From IMG/VR virus record IMGVR_UViG_3300032144_000010: a stretch of DNA of 63,186 nucleotides. The stretch is one strand, 5' to 3'. Below are positions 62,001 to 63,186 of the stretch, one piece after another. Position 1 is the stretch's first letter, and each line of letters begins with the position of its first letter. The DNA is from a virus. Under the pieces are notes generated by a model. That model was not told where the DNA came from, made no database searches, and worked only from the letters and a program-made list of their open reading frames with translations. The translations under genes were made by a program, and so were the position numbers.

Positions 62001-62861
62001 GTCGCCTTCCCATTGCGCGCCAGCGACAGATACGCCACCCGTGCTGGGCACGCGCCACAGCGGGATGTGTTCCGTATCCACGTTGTATCCGCCGAAGAAC
62101 GTGCTGCCGCCGAATTCCTGCATGGAGATGCCGACACCCGTGTAGGTGATGCCTGCGGGGATGCCGTCCTCCTTCCACAAAGTCAGCCGATGCGTGGTGA
62201 AGTCCGCCTGCGTCAACGTCACCCACTCGTTGTTCGCGTTGCCCATGGAGCGTCGCACGTACAAGACGCCTTCGCCACGCCCAGTCTCGTGCAGCCCATA
62301 GTTGCCGTACCACGGCATGTGCGAGCCCGCAGGTTGCGCGACAACCGATTCAACCAACGCACTCGAATACTTCTTGATCGTTGGTGCAGTGACCGCTGCC
62401 CCGATACGCGCTACGCCCCGGTGCGCGACATAGAGGAACCCGTCCCCCGGCGCACACACACCCTCCACATCGTCGTTGGTGCCGATCTCAGTCAGCGCAA
62501 GCGTGCCGGGCGCGACGAAGAAGGCACCTACGATGCCGTTGTTGCCTGACGGGCGAATCCACGACATGACCAGCTGGCCGTTGAAGACGGCTCCAAACAC
62601 GGCGGGTGACTGCGACAGATTGAACGTCGCCCCCGCGTACTGCGACAGCACGCTGGTCTTCGCGCCGACATTCTCCAGCTGCACCGCACGCAGCGACTTC
62701 AGCGGGACTTCTTCCGCAGGCGTGACGTTCTGCCGGTAGTTCCACGGGCGGCCGTCGTAGCCGCCGAAGCCGCTGTTCAGTGCCTGTGCACCGTTTGCGG
62801 TATTGACGTCATCGAGTTTCAGCCACAGGTTGGGCTTCAATTTCTCGACTACGGATGTCAC
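59019..62861 (-). CDS. large tail protein with multiple LamG/concanavalin-like segments (1,280 aa)
   Basis: Recurrent LamG-type endings, such as VDEVMFWKAGNSLTDADLLDLYNSY and LDGVRFIRKALWTSNFTPP. Confidence 0.65.
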   Translation of the reverse strand: MTSVVEKLKPNLWLKLDDVNTANGAQALNSGFGGYDGRPWNYRQNVTPAEEVPLKSLRAVQLENVGAKTSVLSQYAGATFNLSQSPAVFGAVFNGQLVMSWIRPSGNNGIVGAFFVAPGTLALTEIGTNDDVEGVCAPGDGFLYVAHRGVARIGAAVTAPTIKKYSSALVESVVAQPAGSHMPWYGNYGLHETGRGEGVLYVRRSMGNANNEWVTLTQADFTTHRLTLWKEDGIPAGITYTGVGISMQEFGGSTFFGGYNVDTEHIPLWRVPSTGGVSVAGAQWEGDDPAIDGVWNGAPPVAKTPVGPVAVRRTRDGGRLYAWGMASTAPVQDRMHVAYKDSAAGAWTSLAIPYTNPNSFIHYVTPQTDDGYVYLVVQEGFETQPDFMTLKVLRLDESGNTVEISTFPTKAAMFPGATVTIMMLVSAIAEHDADGNLRAIGFFVWGKTGSSGFGQNGRTHLHVVDLPIPAVVSTVGVNHATKNGCNMAGATQPDGAAFICMWMTYNDINEDFPMLSSESGNRVTLVRHVQGPLYVDCPDDPANSPPFDYTLDVEVDTPTMAGWFHWKTGGVHHFQGVLNGQRDGVVHTYAGSLNVNLSLLGGWPSPAAIYSRRTRVDEVMFWKAGNSLTDADLLDLYNSYAGNYEIKVDPIDDDFFGVALVQAVEPEASCATLDSTCWCTEFASPLIGCPPLESPAWPTNFDSWEQPEFVSKMPCAAPVSLRIATGGFTVLGVYMEVEASVQFDLPEIVTPIAVTMDAAVTLPPLGDPLWPRVLSLVKFDGPENSTALIDLTGRHTAAFPAAGQKIQSAIAQWDQAWERANLLNGMVALTGNPSDFGHGVGDFCYEGWNRWSSVSFMASSGEVFRGAQTSDGAHMGLRLWFEGASPTSAYFRFFNSTPFAFDVSSEFPTADGMWMWWVWQRQNGVMSLWCNGTRVYNAVNNWNVITPQELRLLWGAVNGAGSSYMDDWRVTGVARYPNLPTLPMPTAPWYSKLPLALVDTTVPLAVALNSTVTWTPPLLKDSYTPLAMTLNIVGSMPPPTLIDEQTPVAFLQNANVDHLIDDSIYAQAGTLTPGCSGPFITTTSPQFKFGPGARINGASYFPAIDARFNLADGGDFTLDWWGAQILNGGHIFYLGRNFVGADDGSNVMLSVSHNTGNGGQILVVPFFTGGGVAFLAGWSHPSGGTVNVFDHYAVVRRLNTLYLFKNGTLGGPVTPTGMYDLTGKVFQNPPNKILVMGGYAPSQAVGFSNGVKQLDGVRFIRKALWTSNFTPPVAAPGQYA

Positions 62862-63184
62862 AGCCTGAAGTATCCAAGTCCCGTGTGAATGAAGTTGTAC
62901 GAACCAGCCTCCGTCGCCGGAAGGCCGAATCCAATGTCGTAGTATGCGATCAGCGCCGACTGCGCCGCGTTACCCGTGTCCTTGTAGATCAGCACACCGT
63001 TCGCCAGCGTGAGGTCAGCAGCGGCGAGCAGACACGACCCGTTGGCCCAGCCCGCAGTAGCCGTGCGTGCGGTGATCGGCGACGTCGCGATGCGGGCAAC
63101 CGACGGTACTTCGACGAGGGTGACGTGGCTAGGGTCGAAGACGTACTCCGGCGTGACAAGAGCCGCCATGATGACGTCGTTCAC
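62858..63184 (-). CDS. small tail-module protein (108 aa); its 5' end lies in the terminal repeat
   Basis: ORF with ATGA-type overlap to the 1,280-aa gene. On the circular map it follows gene 186..824. Confidence 0.55.
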   Translation of the reverse strand: MNDVIMAALVTPEYVFDPSHVTLVEVPSVARIATSPITARTATAGWANGSCLLAAADLTLANGVLIYKDTGNAAQSALIAYYDIGFGLPATEAGSYNFIHTGLGYFRL

Positions 63185-63186
63185 CC
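63060..63186. repeat. second copy of the 127-bp terminal repeat
   Basis: Identical to 1..127. Confidence 0.95.

Noticed and set aside
51491-62861. Diversity-generating retroelement acting on fibre genes
   Set aside because: There is no reverse transcriptase gene and I saw no template/variable repeat pair.

Overview
The window is a complete, GC-rich tailed dsDNA phage genome assembled as a circle. The first 127 nt recur verbatim as the last 127 nt, so the unique length is 63,059 bp. Genes form two arms.

(1) A plus-strand early/DNA-metabolism arm runs from about 10.5 to 38.4 kb. It holds many small orphan genes and a DUF3150-like / AAA+ / VWA-zincin module interrupted by an HNH gene. It also holds a six-member paralog array, a family-A DNA polymerase and a ParB-like protein. 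The replication set continues with VRR-NUC, PD-(D/E)XK, SNF2 helicase, an SSB-like protein and a primase-helicase.

(2) A minus-strand packaging/virion arm runs 10,198 -> 1 and, across the circular junction, 63,184 -> 38,444. In order it encodes an RHH protein, TerS, TerL, a DUF2829/Tad2-like protein, portal and small basic proteins. Then come scaffold, major capsid, an Ig-like protein, several fibre or LamG-type tail proteins, a lipoprotein and a GNAT. It ends with internal-virion-like proteins and a 2,681-aa giant protein.

There are no tail tube, sheath or tape-measure genes, which suggests a podovirus-like virion. I found no tRNA, rRNA, integrase, repressor or recognisable lysis cassette. 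Most long ORFs antisense to these genes are high-GC shadow ORFs.

The most notable feature lies at 28,228-28,741. It is an array of about 15 units with strict ~36-bp periodicity. Each unit alternates two short conserved elements with two variable segments. It sits directly upstream of a 274-aa protein whose helix-hairpin-helix region resembles the IS110 Tnp_20 / Nop-type domain but which lacks any nuclease or DEDD domain. This looks like a TIGR-Tas-type (tandem interspaced guide RNA) RNA-guided system rather than a CRISPR array or plain iterons.

Other leads:
- a strand-specific 11-mer, TGCGGTGTCAT, repeated through the early arm
- a tandem family of small proteins sharing a C-terminal D-x-L-x-W motif
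- a Tad2-like sponge candidate
- a run of Lys/Gly-rich small proteins in the head module
- an AT-rich microsatellite/hairpin spacer
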